NCBI GenBank assembly: GCA_946534345.1
Contig: CAMNCL010000001.1
Location: 16,485-80,484, forward strand
DNA: 64,000 nt
Origin: an uncultured Bacillales bacterium
GTDB lineage: Bacteria; Bacillota_I; Bacilli_A; RF39; UBA660
Direction: 5' to 3'
The notes below the pieces were generated by a model, which was given only the letters and a program-made list of their open reading frames with translations, searched no databases and was not told the origin of the DNA. How positions within the stretch are numbered: position 1 is the first letter of the stretch; the number at the start of each line of letters is the position of its first letter. Below are positions 8,236 through 16,237 of the stretch, in pieces. A program made the position numbers and the translations under genes.

Positions 8236-10596
8236 ATGAAAAAAATCACAACTTTATTAGTTTTACTATTTGTAATGTTTTTGCCGTTGTATGTTAATGC
8301 CGAATCAAAATATCTTTATGATGTATTAAAAAATGAAGCAGAAAAAGAAAATGGATTAGCCAAAGAATATACCGGAGAACATCATGATTCATTTACAAAA
8401 GAACCAACTCATAAGATATACCATTGGTATGCTGATAATGATGAAGAAATGAATAATATTGATGATAAAAATAATATAATTTTTGGTGGCTATTGTTGGA
8501 AGATGTTTCGTACTACTGATACTGGTGGAATAAAACTTGTTTACAACGGATTCCCTAGAAATAATAATTGTGTCGATTATTCTGGTAACAGTGATATGGA
8601 GATAGGAAATTTAATATGGGTTTCCGTTGCAGATTTCTTTTATTTTTCAACTGATTTTGATATAGATTCTAATACAAAAAAATTTGTAGCTAAAGGTGAT
8701 GTAAAAAAAGGAAGTGAATTAACTAACAAACTAGGTAGATATATGTTTCAAACTATGGATTTAAATGAAGCAAAGTCATCAATTTATTACATGATAGGAG
8801 ATCATCTAGGAATAGCTTTTTATTCTAACTATGGACTTAATAATAGTATTGGAACCAATGATATAAATTCAAATTTTCCAGAAACTTTATCCAATATAGG
8901 TTATTTAAATGGTAACAAATATCCTATTAGTAATATGTATGCAGATGAAACAAATAATTACTCAACTTCAAGTAATACTTTTGGATATAGTGATTCATAT
9001 GAATTTAGAGATGGATATTATTATCTTCAAAATCCTATAATGATGCAATATAAAGATATTAAAGATAATATAGAGTTTTTAAAAGGTAAATATTCATGTT
9101 TTAATTCAAGCAATAATTGTAATGTTCTATCTTATGTTCAAGGTGGTAATGAAACTAACTATACTAAAGTTAACGTTGCATTAAATAAGTACACTTATTA
9201 TAAAAATGCAAATTATAGTGATGGTAAATATCACCTTAGTGGTGGTAGTATATCATTTGAAGATATTAAAAATAATTTAAATCTATGGGATCAATTTGGG
9301 TTCTTTTGTAATGATGGAACTGCAGAGTGTGAGAATGTATCATATATTTATAATTTGTCAGAAACCCAATCTATGGGGAGAACCTATCACCATATGAATT
9401 CAATTTTATTAACTGGAGGCGACAAACCATCAGATGTTATTGAAAACATAACCAGTGATAACAGTGGTGATTCTTATACAAAAAAAGTAATGGATTTATG
9501 GTATCAGCGTTATTTTAATGGACAGTCTAATAATTTAGAAGATGTGATTTACTGCAACAATAGACAACTAGATAGTAAAGGTAATTTAGATGAAACTGGA
9601 ACAATAACTGATGAGATAGTGATTAAACCTAATATGAGTTTAAAATGTCCTAGAATAAAAGATAGTTTATCAGTAAGTAATGAAGAAGCCAAATTAGACT
9701 ATCCTGTTGGATTGATGAATCTTGCGGAGGCTAGTATGATGGGCAACTTAGATGGAAGTTATCAGAGTTCATTTTTGATGGATGCATATGGAATTGGAAA
9801 GAATATTTCTTTTAATGAAATAATATATGAGTACCCTTCTTATAAAACAAAACTTGGAACAGGCAGTCGTAATAAACTTAAACCTGTAGTAGCATTAAAA
9901 AAAGATTCTACATACTCTTCAGGCTTAGGAACAAAAGAAAATCCTTATATATTTGATAAGATAGTATCGAGATATAAAATAAATGTAGAAATAGAAAACA
10001 AGACAGAGGATTTCAATGTAAATATAAATGATATGTCACAGGTAGAGTATAATGAAGAAGTTTCTTTTAAAGTAACACCTATAAAAGGATATAAAGTAAC
10101 TGATTTAAAAATAATTGATTCAGATAATAATGAAATTGATTATGAGATGATTGATAATAGGAATTATAAATTTATAATGCCTGCATCAGATGTCACAATA
10201 ATGCCTTCATATGAAAAAGTAAAAAATAGTGTAACTGTCGTTGATAATAAGAATACAAAAGAATTAATAATTGAAGTAAATGATTCTAAGGCAGTAATGT
10301 ATGAAGATACTGTAAGATTTAGAGTAACTCCTGAAGAAGGATATGAAGTAGATAAGATTGATATTACAGATGAAGAGAAAAACAAAATAAAATATAAGAA
10401 TACGACTGTTAAGAATGAATATGAATTTAAGATGCCTGATACAGATGTTACTATTGATCCAACTTATAGAAAGATAGATACAAATAATATAAATAATAAT
10501 CCTAATACTAGTCGTAATATATTTTATATAATTCTAGTTATTATATGTATAGCTACTAGTTATATATTTATTAGAAAGAGAAAACACAAATTTTAA
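8236..10596 (+). CDS. large secreted or cell-surface protein: signal peptide, unknown N-terminal region, two tandem ~85-aa beta-rich repeats, and a C-terminal NPNTS + TM + basic tail
   Basis: Signal peptide MKKITTLLVLLFVMFLPLYVNA. C-terminus NNNPNTSRNIFYIILVIICIATSYIFIRKRKHKF. Repeats described in the next feature. Confidence 0.7.
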   Translation: MKKITTLLVLLFVMFLPLYVNAESKYLYDVLKNEAEKENGLAKEYTGEHHDSFTKEPTHKIYHWYADNDEEMNNIDDKNNIIFGGYCWKMFRTTDTGGIKLVYNGFPRNNNCVDYSGNSDMEIGNLIWVSVADFFYFSTDFDIDSNTKKFVAKGDVKKGSELTNKLGRYMFQTMDLNEAKSSIYYMIGDHLGIAFYSNYGLNNSIGTNDINSNFPETLSNIGYLNGNKYPISNMYADETNNYSTSSNTFGYSDSYEFRDGYYYLQNPIMMQYKDIKDNIEFLKGKYSCFNSSNNCNVLSYVQGGNETNYTKVNVALNKYTYYKNANYSDGKYHLSGGSISFEDIKNNLNLWDQFGFFCNDGTAECENVSYIYNLSETQSMGRTYHHMNSILLTGGDKPSDVIENITSDNSGDSYTKKVMDLWYQRYFNGQSNNLEDVIYCNNRQLDSKGNLDETGTITDEIVIKPNMSLKCPRIKDSLSVSNEEAKLDYPVGLMNLAEASMMGNLDGSYQSSFLMDAYGIGKNISFNEIIYEYPSYKTKLGTGSRNKLKPVVALKKDSTYSSGLGTKENPYIFDKIVSRYKINVEIENKTEDFNVNINDMSQVEYNEEVSFKVTPIKGYKVTDLKIIDSDNNEIDYEMIDNRNYKFIMPASDVTIMPSYEKVKNSVTVVDNKNTKELIIEVNDSKAVMYEDTVRFRVTPEEGYEVDKIDITDEEKNKIKYKNTTVKNEYEFKMPDTDVTIDPTYRKIDTNNINNNPNTSRNIFYIILVIICIATSYIFIRKRKHKF
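9970..10475 (+). repeat. tandem duplicated protein domain (2 x ~85 aa) inside the surface protein
   Basis: The two copies align by eye: ...VSFKVTPIKGYKVTDLKIIDSDNNEIDYEMIDNRNYKFIMPASDVTIMPSYEKV and ...VRFRVTPEEGYEVDKIDITDEEKNKIKYKNTTVKNEYEFKMPDTDVTIDPTYRKI. Confidence 0.75.
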
Positions 10597-10622
10597 GAAG
10601 AGAAAAAACTCTTCTTTTTTTT
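10595..10622 (+). terminator. intrinsic terminator
   Basis: AAGAAGAG-AAAAAA-CTCTTCTT followed by T6. Confidence 0.75.
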
Positions 10623-10675
10623 GGATAAATATTTAGAACTGTTAATAATAAGAATAGGAGGTGAAAGTAATATAA

Positions 10676-12748
10676 GTGAAAGTAGTTCTTCAGGATGGTA
10701 TTAAAGATTGTGGTATTTGTTCCCTTTTATCTATTATTAGATATTATGGAGGAGAAGTATCTAAAGAATATTTAAGAGAGATTACTAATACTACTAAAGA
10801 TGGTGTATCTTTATATAATCTTATTGAAGGTGCTAAAATAATTGGCTTTGAAGCAGAAGGGTTATCTGGACAAATAGAAAATATAGAAGAAAATAACTTA
10901 CCCTGTATAGCTCATTTTGTTGTGAATAAGAGTTATAAGCATTTTGTAGTTTTATATGAGATTAATAAAAAGAAATCCCTTGTTACTTTAATGGATCCTG
11001 CTAAAGGTAAAAAAGTAATATCTATTTCAGAATTCAACTTATTATCAAGTAATAATTATATATTCTTAAAACCTATTAAAACATTACCAATAATGCAGAA
11101 GAAAAATATAATTTATAAAAGTATAATTAATTTGTTTAAAACAAATAAAAAACTATTATTCTCAATTGTTTTATTAACATTCTCATATTTCATTATTAAT
11201 ATTCTCACATCTTTTCATTTTAAATACATACTAGAATACGCTATTAAATATAAAATAACTAAGAGTATATATTATTTAAGTATAATTATGATAGTATTTT
11301 ATTTCCTAAAAAATATAAGTAATTTATTACGTAATATTTTACTTAGTAAATGGACTATGCTCTTTGATAATGAAATAACTAATAATACTTATAAGCAATT
11401 ACTTTTACTTCCATATTTATATTATAAAAATAGAACTACTGGTGAAGTTATTTCTAGATTTAGAGATTTAAATACTATTAGAAGTTTTATTAATAGATTC
11501 TTCTGCATTATTTCTACTGATTTAATAAGCATTATAATATTTATAGTTATAATGCTTAAATATCAGTATTTATTAACTCTTTATATTCTTATTCCTTCTT
11601 TTATATTAGTTATATATCAATTTATTATTAGTTCTAAAAAGAAAAAGAATATTAAGAATATTAGTAATAGAGAAGATATAATTAATTCTTATTTAATTCA
11701 AGGTATCAGTAATGTTGATACTATAAAAGGTAGTCATCTAGAGAAACGTTTGATTGATAAATTTTCATATAGTTATAAATCCTTTTTAGAAGCAATTTAT
11801 TCTTATAATAGTTTATTAGAAAGATATTATTTTAATAAGAATGTTTTAAGTGATATTTCTTTATTAATATTATTTGGGCTGGGTTCTTATTATGTTATTG
11901 ATGGTAATTTATCTATTAATAATTTAATTATATTTCATTTGTTTTATTCTTATTTTAATTCTAGTTTTTTTAATATAATAAGTATTTTAGAAGAATATAA
12001 TTCTTTTAAAGTTGCTTTAAATAGAGTAGAAGAAATATTTATGATTAATAAAGATGATTTTAAGAATAATTATTTTTATTTATCTTTTACTTTAGATGGA
12101 GATATTATTTATAATAATTTATCTTATAAACTAGGTAGTAAGTATTTATTTAAAGATTTAAATCTTCATATTAATCGTGGACAGAAGATTTTATTAAGTG
12201 GAGAAAGCGGTTGTGGTAAAAGTACTTTAATGAAGATGTTATTGAGATATATTGAGGTTGAATATAATACTATTAAAATAGCTGATATTGATATTAATCA
12301 TTATCATTTAGAAAACATTAGATCAAATATTACTTATGTTACAGGTAATGAATACTTATTTACTGATACTATTAGAAATAATATTCTATTGTATAAAGAT
12401 TATACTGAAGAAGATTTCTTTGAAGTATGTAGGATATGTTTAGTAGATGATATTGTGAAAAATACTAGTAATAATTATGATGCTTTAATAGAAGAAAATG
12501 GCTTTAATTTTAGTAACGGAGAAAAACAGAGAATTATTTTGGCAAGAAGTATTATTAAGAAGTCTAATATTTATATTTTTGATGAAGCTTTGGCGGGGAT
12601 TGATATTAATAGAGAAAAGAAAATACTTGAAAACGTTTTTAGTTATTTAAGTGATAAGACAGTAATAGTAATATCTCATAGATTTAATAATAAGAAGTTA
12701 TTTGATAGAGTATTAAAACTTGATAAAGGTTGTATTTATGAAAGTTAG
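10676..12748 (+). CDS. peptidase-containing ABC transporter (PCAT/AMS type): C39 double-glycine leader peptidase + ABC membrane domain + ATPase
   Basis: GTG start. C39 triad candidates: QDGIKDCGICS (Cys), HFVVLY (His), MDPAKG (Asp). TMD motif TGEVISRFRDLNTIRSF. NBD motifs: Walker A GESGCGKST, Walker B IYIFDEA, H-loop ISHR. Atypical Q-loop and signature (see findings). Confidence 0.9.
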   Translation: MKVVLQDGIKDCGICSLLSIIRYYGGEVSKEYLREITNTTKDGVSLYNLIEGAKIIGFEAEGLSGQIENIEENNLPCIAHFVVNKSYKHFVVLYEINKKKSLVTLMDPAKGKKVISISEFNLLSSNNYIFLKPIKTLPIMQKKNIIYKSIINLFKTNKKLLFSIVLLTFSYFIINILTSFHFKYILEYAIKYKITKSIYYLSIIMIVFYFLKNISNLLRNILLSKWTMLFDNEITNNTYKQLLLLPYLYYKNRTTGEVISRFRDLNTIRSFINRFFCIISTDLISIIIFIVIMLKYQYLLTLYILIPSFILVIYQFIISSKKKKNIKNISNREDIINSYLIQGISNVDTIKGSHLEKRLIDKFSYSYKSFLEAIYSYNSLLERYYFNKNVLSDISLLILFGLGSYYVIDGNLSINNLIIFHLFYSYFNSSFFNIISILEEYNSFKVALNRVEEIFMINKDDFKNNYFYLSFTLDGDIIYNNLSYKLGSKYLFKDLNLHINRGQKILLSGESGCGKSTLMKMLLRYIEVEYNTIKIADIDINHYHLENIRSNITYVTGNEYLFTDTIRNNILLYKDYTEEDFFEVCRICLVDDIVKNTSNNYDALIEENGFNFSNGEKQRIILARSIIKKSNIYIFDEALAGIDINREKKILENVFSYLSDKTVIVISHRFNNKKLFDRVLKLDKGCIYES

Positions 12749-13145
12749 GAATTATGAGAAGAAAGATATGATTATATTTTTTATGATTCTATTATTAATA
12801 ATTGAAATAATAGTAGTAGTAATTTTATTAACTGTTAAGATAGAAAAATATCAAATAGTATCAGGAATTGTGATTAAAGATAATTTGGCTTTAGTAGTTG
12901 TTTCCTCTGATGAAAGAAGAATTATTTATAGTAATAAAATATTATATTTAAATAATCATAAATATAAATATGAAATAGTTGAAGATAGAGGCAAAGTATT
13001 AAAAAAAGATGATGGTTATTATCAATTAGTATTAAAGTTTAAATTTAATAAGAAATACAAAGTTAATGATTTATTAGAAATAGTTTTTGTTAAAGAAAAA
13101 ATGTACTTGATTGAAATATTCAAGATTATTTGGGAAGGTGATTAG
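12738..13145 (+). CDS. small single-pass membrane protein (135 aa); possible mini accessory (HlyD-like barrel remnant) or immunity protein
   Basis: ATG at 12738 overlaps the PCAT stop. The track's TTG at 12720 is less likely. N-terminal TM MIIFFMILLLIIEIIVVVILLTV, then a beta-rich soluble part. Confidence 0.55.
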   Translation: MKVRNYEKKDMIIFFMILLLIIEIIVVVILLTVKIEKYQIVSGIVIKDNLALVVVSSDERRIIYSNKILYLNNHKYKYEIVEDRGKVLKKDDGYYQLVLKFKFNKKYKVNDLLEIVFVKEKMYLIEIFKIIWEGD

Positions 13146-13296
13146 TATTAGTAGAATAAGTGAAGAAAAGTTAGAGAAGATAAAAGGAGGAGCTACTGTA
13201 ACAGTATGGACTGGTATTGCGATAGCTTCTATAATTATTTTCTTATCCGGTGTAATCGATGGGTTAATTAATCCAGGAGGATGTACTAGTGAATAG
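13138..13296 (+). CDS. double-glycine leader peptide A (bacteriocin-like precursor); mature form predicted ATVTVWTGIAIASIIIFLSGVIDGLINPGGCTSE
   Basis: Leader ...SRISEEKLEKIKGG fits the LSxxELxxIxGG consensus. Start uncertain: GTG 13138, ATT 13147 or the track's TTG 13111. Hydrophobic mature part with GVIDG. Confidence 0.7.
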   Translation: MISISRISEEKLEKIKGGATVTVWTGIAIASIIIFLSGVIDGLINPGGCTSE

Positions 13297-13462
13297 AATT
13301 AGTGATGATAAATTAGATAATATAACTGGAGGTAATACTACTGTTAATGGGCCTATTATTAATGCAATTGTGAATGTAATTAATCTACTAAGAGATGCTG
13401 GTTATAGTATTGGTTCGGGCTTAAGAAGAATAGGCGAAAACAAGATGTGTCCACTAGAATAA
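13289..13462 (+). CDS. double-glycine leader peptide B (57 aa, not in ORF track); mature form predicted NTTVNGPIINAIVNVINLLRDAGYSIGSGLRRIGENKMCPLE
   Basis: GTG 13289 lies 8 nt after AGGAGG (13275-13280) and overlaps the end of peptide A by 8 nt. Leader MNRISDDKLDNITGG. TAA stop at 13460-13462. Amphipathic mature part with GYSIG. Confidence 0.7.
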   Translation: MNRISDDKLDNITGGNTTVNGPIINAIVNVINLLRDAGYSIGSGLRRIGENKMCPLE

Positions 13463-13514
13463 AGTAAAAATATTATAAATAAAAGCTATTTTTGTTGATA
13501 TTTCTTAAAAAAAC

Positions 13515-13543
13515 TTGAAAAACAAATAATATTTTGTTATAAT
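13515..13543 (+). promoter_or_regulatory. sigma-A promoter with extended -10 for rpsU
   Basis: TTGAAA 13515-13520, 17-nt spacer, TGtTATAAT (13535-13543). Confidence 0.65.
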
Positions 13544-13576
13544 TCTTTTTAGTTAAAAGCGAAGGGAGGGAAAATA

Positions 13577-13780
13577 GTGGCTACAAAAGTAACTGTAAGA
13601 GGTAATCTTGATCAAGCTTTAAGAAAATTTAAGCAAAAAGTCGCAAGAGACGGTGTCCCTTCTGAGTGGAAAAAGAGAGAAGCTTACGACAAGCCAGGAG
13701 TAAGAAGAAGAGCAGCTAAAAAAGAAGGAATAAAGAATTCTAGAAAAAGAGAACGCTCAAATCGTAATAGAGATTATTAA
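13577..13780 (+). CDS. rpsU: 30S ribosomal protein S21
   Basis: GTG start after GGGAGGG. Small and very basic. ...LDQALRKFKQKVARDG...KKREAYDKPGVRRR... matches the S21 pattern. Confidence 0.9.
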   Translation: MATKVTVRGNLDQALRKFKQKVARDGVPSEWKKREAYDKPGVRRRAAKKEGIKNSRKRERSNRNRDY

Positions 13781-13783
13781 TTT

Positions 13784-13812
13784 AAGTAGTATCTTTTAGA
13801 TACTACTTTTTG
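13784..13812 (+). terminator. intrinsic terminator after rpsU
   Basis: AAGTAGTATCT-TTT-AGATACTACTT followed by a T-run. Confidence 0.75.
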
Positions 13813-13851
13813 TTTAAAAATAGTGATATAATTAATTTAGGAGATGATATT

Positions 13852-14289
13852 ATGGTAGAACAATTAGAAAAAGATATGATTGAAGCAATGAAGAATAAAG
13901 AAAAAGAAAGATTAACAGTAATTAGAGCTGTAAAAGCTGGTTTAAAACAAGAACAAATCGATCATAAAAAAGAAATTAATGATGATTTACTAATTGAAGT
14001 AGTTAGTAGACAAATTAAAATGAGAAAAGAATCAATTGCTGAATTTGAAAAGGGTAATAGACAAGATTTAGTAGATCAAACACAAGCAGAAATTGATATT
14101 TTAATGAAGTATTTACCTGAACAATTATCTGAAGAAGAAGTATTAAAAGTAATTGATGAAATATTTGAAGAAGTTAAACCAGAAAGTAAAAAAGATATGG
14201 GTAGAGTAATGAAAGAAGCTAATGCCAGATTAAAAGGAAAGGCTGACATGAAAACTGTTTCAAGTATTATTCAAGAAAAATTACAATAA
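13852..14289 (+). CDS. yqeY: GatB/YqeY domain protein
   Basis: ATG 13852 after AGGAG (the track start at 13810 is an upstream extension). ...AMK.KEKERL.VIRAVKA......LPEQLSEEEV... typical of YqeY. Follows rpsU as in Bacillus. Confidence 0.85.
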   Translation: MVEQLEKDMIEAMKNKEKERLTVIRAVKAGLKQEQIDHKKEINDDLLIEVVSRQIKMRKESIAEFEKGNRQDLVDQTQAEIDILMKYLPEQLSEEEVLKVIDEIFEEVKPESKKDMGRVMKEANARLKGKADMKTVSSIIQEKLQ

Positions 14290-14310
14290 GCATCTATGAT
14301 GCTTATTTTT
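14288..14310 (+). terminator. intrinsic terminator after yqeY
   Basis: AAGCATC-TAT-GATGCTT followed by ATTTTT. Confidence 0.65.
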
Positions 14311-14370
14311 AATTGAAAAGCAATGAAAAAAATAGTACAATAGATATGAATAGAAGGAAGGAGTGATACT

Positions 14371-14982
14371 ATGATAAAGCCGCTTTCTAATACAATTCAA
14401 CAAGTTATTAATTTTACATGGCCAATGGTAATTATTTCGGTTGTTATTATGGTATCATGTAGAATTAGTTATTTAATAAAGAATAAAGAAAAAGTTGTTT
14501 TATATAAAGAACTAATGATGTTAATATTTGCAGTATACATTCTATGTTTATTCCAAGTAGTAACATTTCAAGATGATACATCTTGGGCAAGTAATAACTT
14601 TATACCATTTAAAGAAATATTAAGATATAATATATCTAGTAGGTTGTTTATAAAGAATGTTTTAGGTAATATGATTATGTTTTTACCTTTTGGATTCTTT
14701 GTTAGTTATTTTTTAAAATCAGAAAAAATATATATGCCAGTTATTTTAACAATAATTGCTTCTCTTTCAATTGAACTTGTTCAATTAGCAATTGGAAGAG
14801 TATTTGATGTAGATGATATTATTCTTAACTTATTAGGTGGAATAATGGGATATTTTATCTATAGTGTTATTAGAATAATAGGTGAAGGATTACCAGGATT
14901 TTGTCGAAAAGATTGGTTCTTAAATATACTAACAGTTTTATTATTTGCTGGATTAGTCACAATGATTATAATGATTTTATAG
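14371..14982 (+). CDS. VanZ-like family membrane protein
   Basis: Polytopic. NFIPFKEI, GNMIMFLPFGFF and ELVQLAIGRVFDVDDIILNLLGG resemble the VanZ family. Confidence 0.7.
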   Translation: MIKPLSNTIQQVINFTWPMVIISVVIMVSCRISYLIKNKEKVVLYKELMMLIFAVYILCLFQVVTFQDDTSWASNNFIPFKEILRYNISSRLFIKNVLGNMIMFLPFGFFVSYFLKSEKIYMPVILTIIASLSIELVQLAIGRVFDVDDIILNLLGGIMGYFIYSVIRIIGEGLPGFCRKDWFLNILTVLLFAGLVTMIIMIL

Positions 14983-14989
14983 GAGGAAT

Positions 14990-15439
14990 ATGAACAAAAT
15001 AGAAATATTTGTCCAAGTCGGAGAAGAAATAGAAGAATTGGATACAGTAGAAAAAGTATTATATAGTGCCATGGATAAAGAAAAGTTAAAAGATACATCT
15101 TTTAATTTAATTATTGTAGATAATAAATATATTCATGAACTTAATAAAACCTATCGTAATATTGATAGAGAAACTGATGTTATTACTTTTGCTTTAGAAG
15201 ATGAAGATTCTCTAGTAGTTGGAGGTAATGAAAGAATATTAGGAGATATTTATATTTCTTTAGATAAGGCTAAGAGTCAAGCAAAAGAATATGGACATTC
15301 ATTACTTAGAGAATTATCTTTTTTAGCAGTACATGGTTTTTATCATTTATTAGGATACGATCATATGACTGAAGAAGATGAAAAGGTAATGTTTGGAAAA
15401 CAAAGGGAGGTACTAGAAGAATATGGGATTACTAGATAA
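14990..15439 (+). CDS. ybeY: rRNA maturation endoribonuclease YbeY
   Basis: HGFYHLLGYDH metal-binding motif. 149 aa. Lies before dgkA-cdd-era. Confidence 0.9.
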   Translation: MNKIEIFVQVGEEIEELDTVEKVLYSAMDKEKLKDTSFNLIIVDNKYIHELNKTYRNIDRETDVITFALEDEDSLVVGGNERILGDIYISLDKAKSQAKEYGHSLLRELSFLAVHGFYHLLGYDHMTEEDEKVMFGKQREVLEEYGITR

Positions 15440-15848
15440 ATTAAGACGTAAATCACCAAAGAGAAATAAAGATACAGGTACTGCCTTAGAACGTTACGAA
15501 AAAAGTTTTATGCATGCCGTAGATGGAATCATTTATGGAATTAGATTTGAACATAATATGATTATTATAATTATTGCGACAATATTAGTTATTATAGCTG
15601 GATTTATATATAAGATTAGTGTTCCAGAATGGCTATTTGTTATTACAATGATTGGTACTATTAGTGCTTCAGAAATGATTAATACATCAATTGAAGCAAC
15701 TATTGACTTATATACAACAGAGATTCATCCGTTGGCAAAGATTGCGAAAGATACAGCTAGTAGTGCAACATTACTTTTATGTTTTACAGCTTTGGTAGGA
15801 GCTATAATTATCTTTTTACCAAAGGCAATTATATTAATAGGAGGATAA
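15423..15848 (+). CDS. dgkA: diacylglycerol/undecaprenol kinase family membrane protein
   Basis: Three TM helices. ...SASEMINTSIE... and AKDTASSA motifs. Conserved position. Confidence 0.8.
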   Translation: MGLLDKLRRKSPKRNKDTGTALERYEKSFMHAVDGIIYGIRFEHNMIIIIIATILVIIAGFIYKISVPEWLFVITMIGTISASEMINTSIEATIDLYTTEIHPLAKIAKDTASSATLLLCFTALVGAIIIFLPKAIILIGG

Positions 15849-15850
15849 AT

Positions 15851-16237
15851 ATGTTTGAAAAATTATTAGAATTACATAAGAATAGTTATGTACCAATTTC
15901 TAACTTTCCAGTATCTGCAGTTGTAGTTACTAAAGATGGAAAAGAATACTCAGGAGTAAATGTTGAAGATGCTTCAACTAGAGCAGGAACTTGTGCTGAG
16001 AGAGCTGCGATTTTTAGTGCTATTGCAGATGGTGTTCAAATAGGGGATTTTAAAGAATTAAATGTTATGGTATCTTCTGGTAAGATAGGTACTCCTTGTT
16101 TTGTATGTCGTCAAATGATTTCAGAATTATTTGAAGAAGATGCAAAAATTAGATGTTTTAGTACTTCTGGTGAAGGAGCAGAATATACAGTAAAAGAATT
16201 ATGTCCATATCCATTTGGAGAGGATGACTTACAATGA
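15851..16237 (+). CDS. cdd: cytidine deaminase
   Basis: ATG 15851 (the track start at 15779 is an upstream extension). Zinc motifs CAERAA and PCFVCRQ. Confidence 0.9.
   Translation: MFEKLLELHKNSYVPISNFPVSAVVVTKDGKEYSGVNVEDASTRAGTCAERAAIFSAIADGVQIGDFKELNVMVSSGKIGTPCFVCRQMISELFEEDAKIRCFSTSGEGAEYTVKELCPYPFGEDDLQ

Noticed and set aside
10661-10675. A mini-ORF GTG-AAA-GTA-ATA-TAA directly abutting the PCAT GTG start; the string GTGAAAGTA is duplicated at 10661 and 10676.
   Set aside because: The first GTG sits immediately against the AGGAGG with no spacer, so initiation there is unlikely. The duplication is probably coincidental, and the only consequence is a rather long SD-to-start spacing for the PCAT.
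8146-13576. The tRNA-adjacent block interpreted as an integrated mobile element.
   Set aside because: No integrase, recombinase or transposase ORF is present. I could find no direct repeat of the tRNA-Thr 3' end at the distal border by eye. It is kept only as an 'accessory insertion' finding and is not annotated as a mobile_element.
14859-15098. A 79-aa minus-strand ORF across the VanZ/ybeY junction. Two similar cases are 47828..48049 (+, across the def start) and 50209..50523 (-, across the DHH/comEA junction).
   Set aside because: They overlap supported genes and their RBS regions, show no initiation signals, and have a hydrophobic low-complexity composition.
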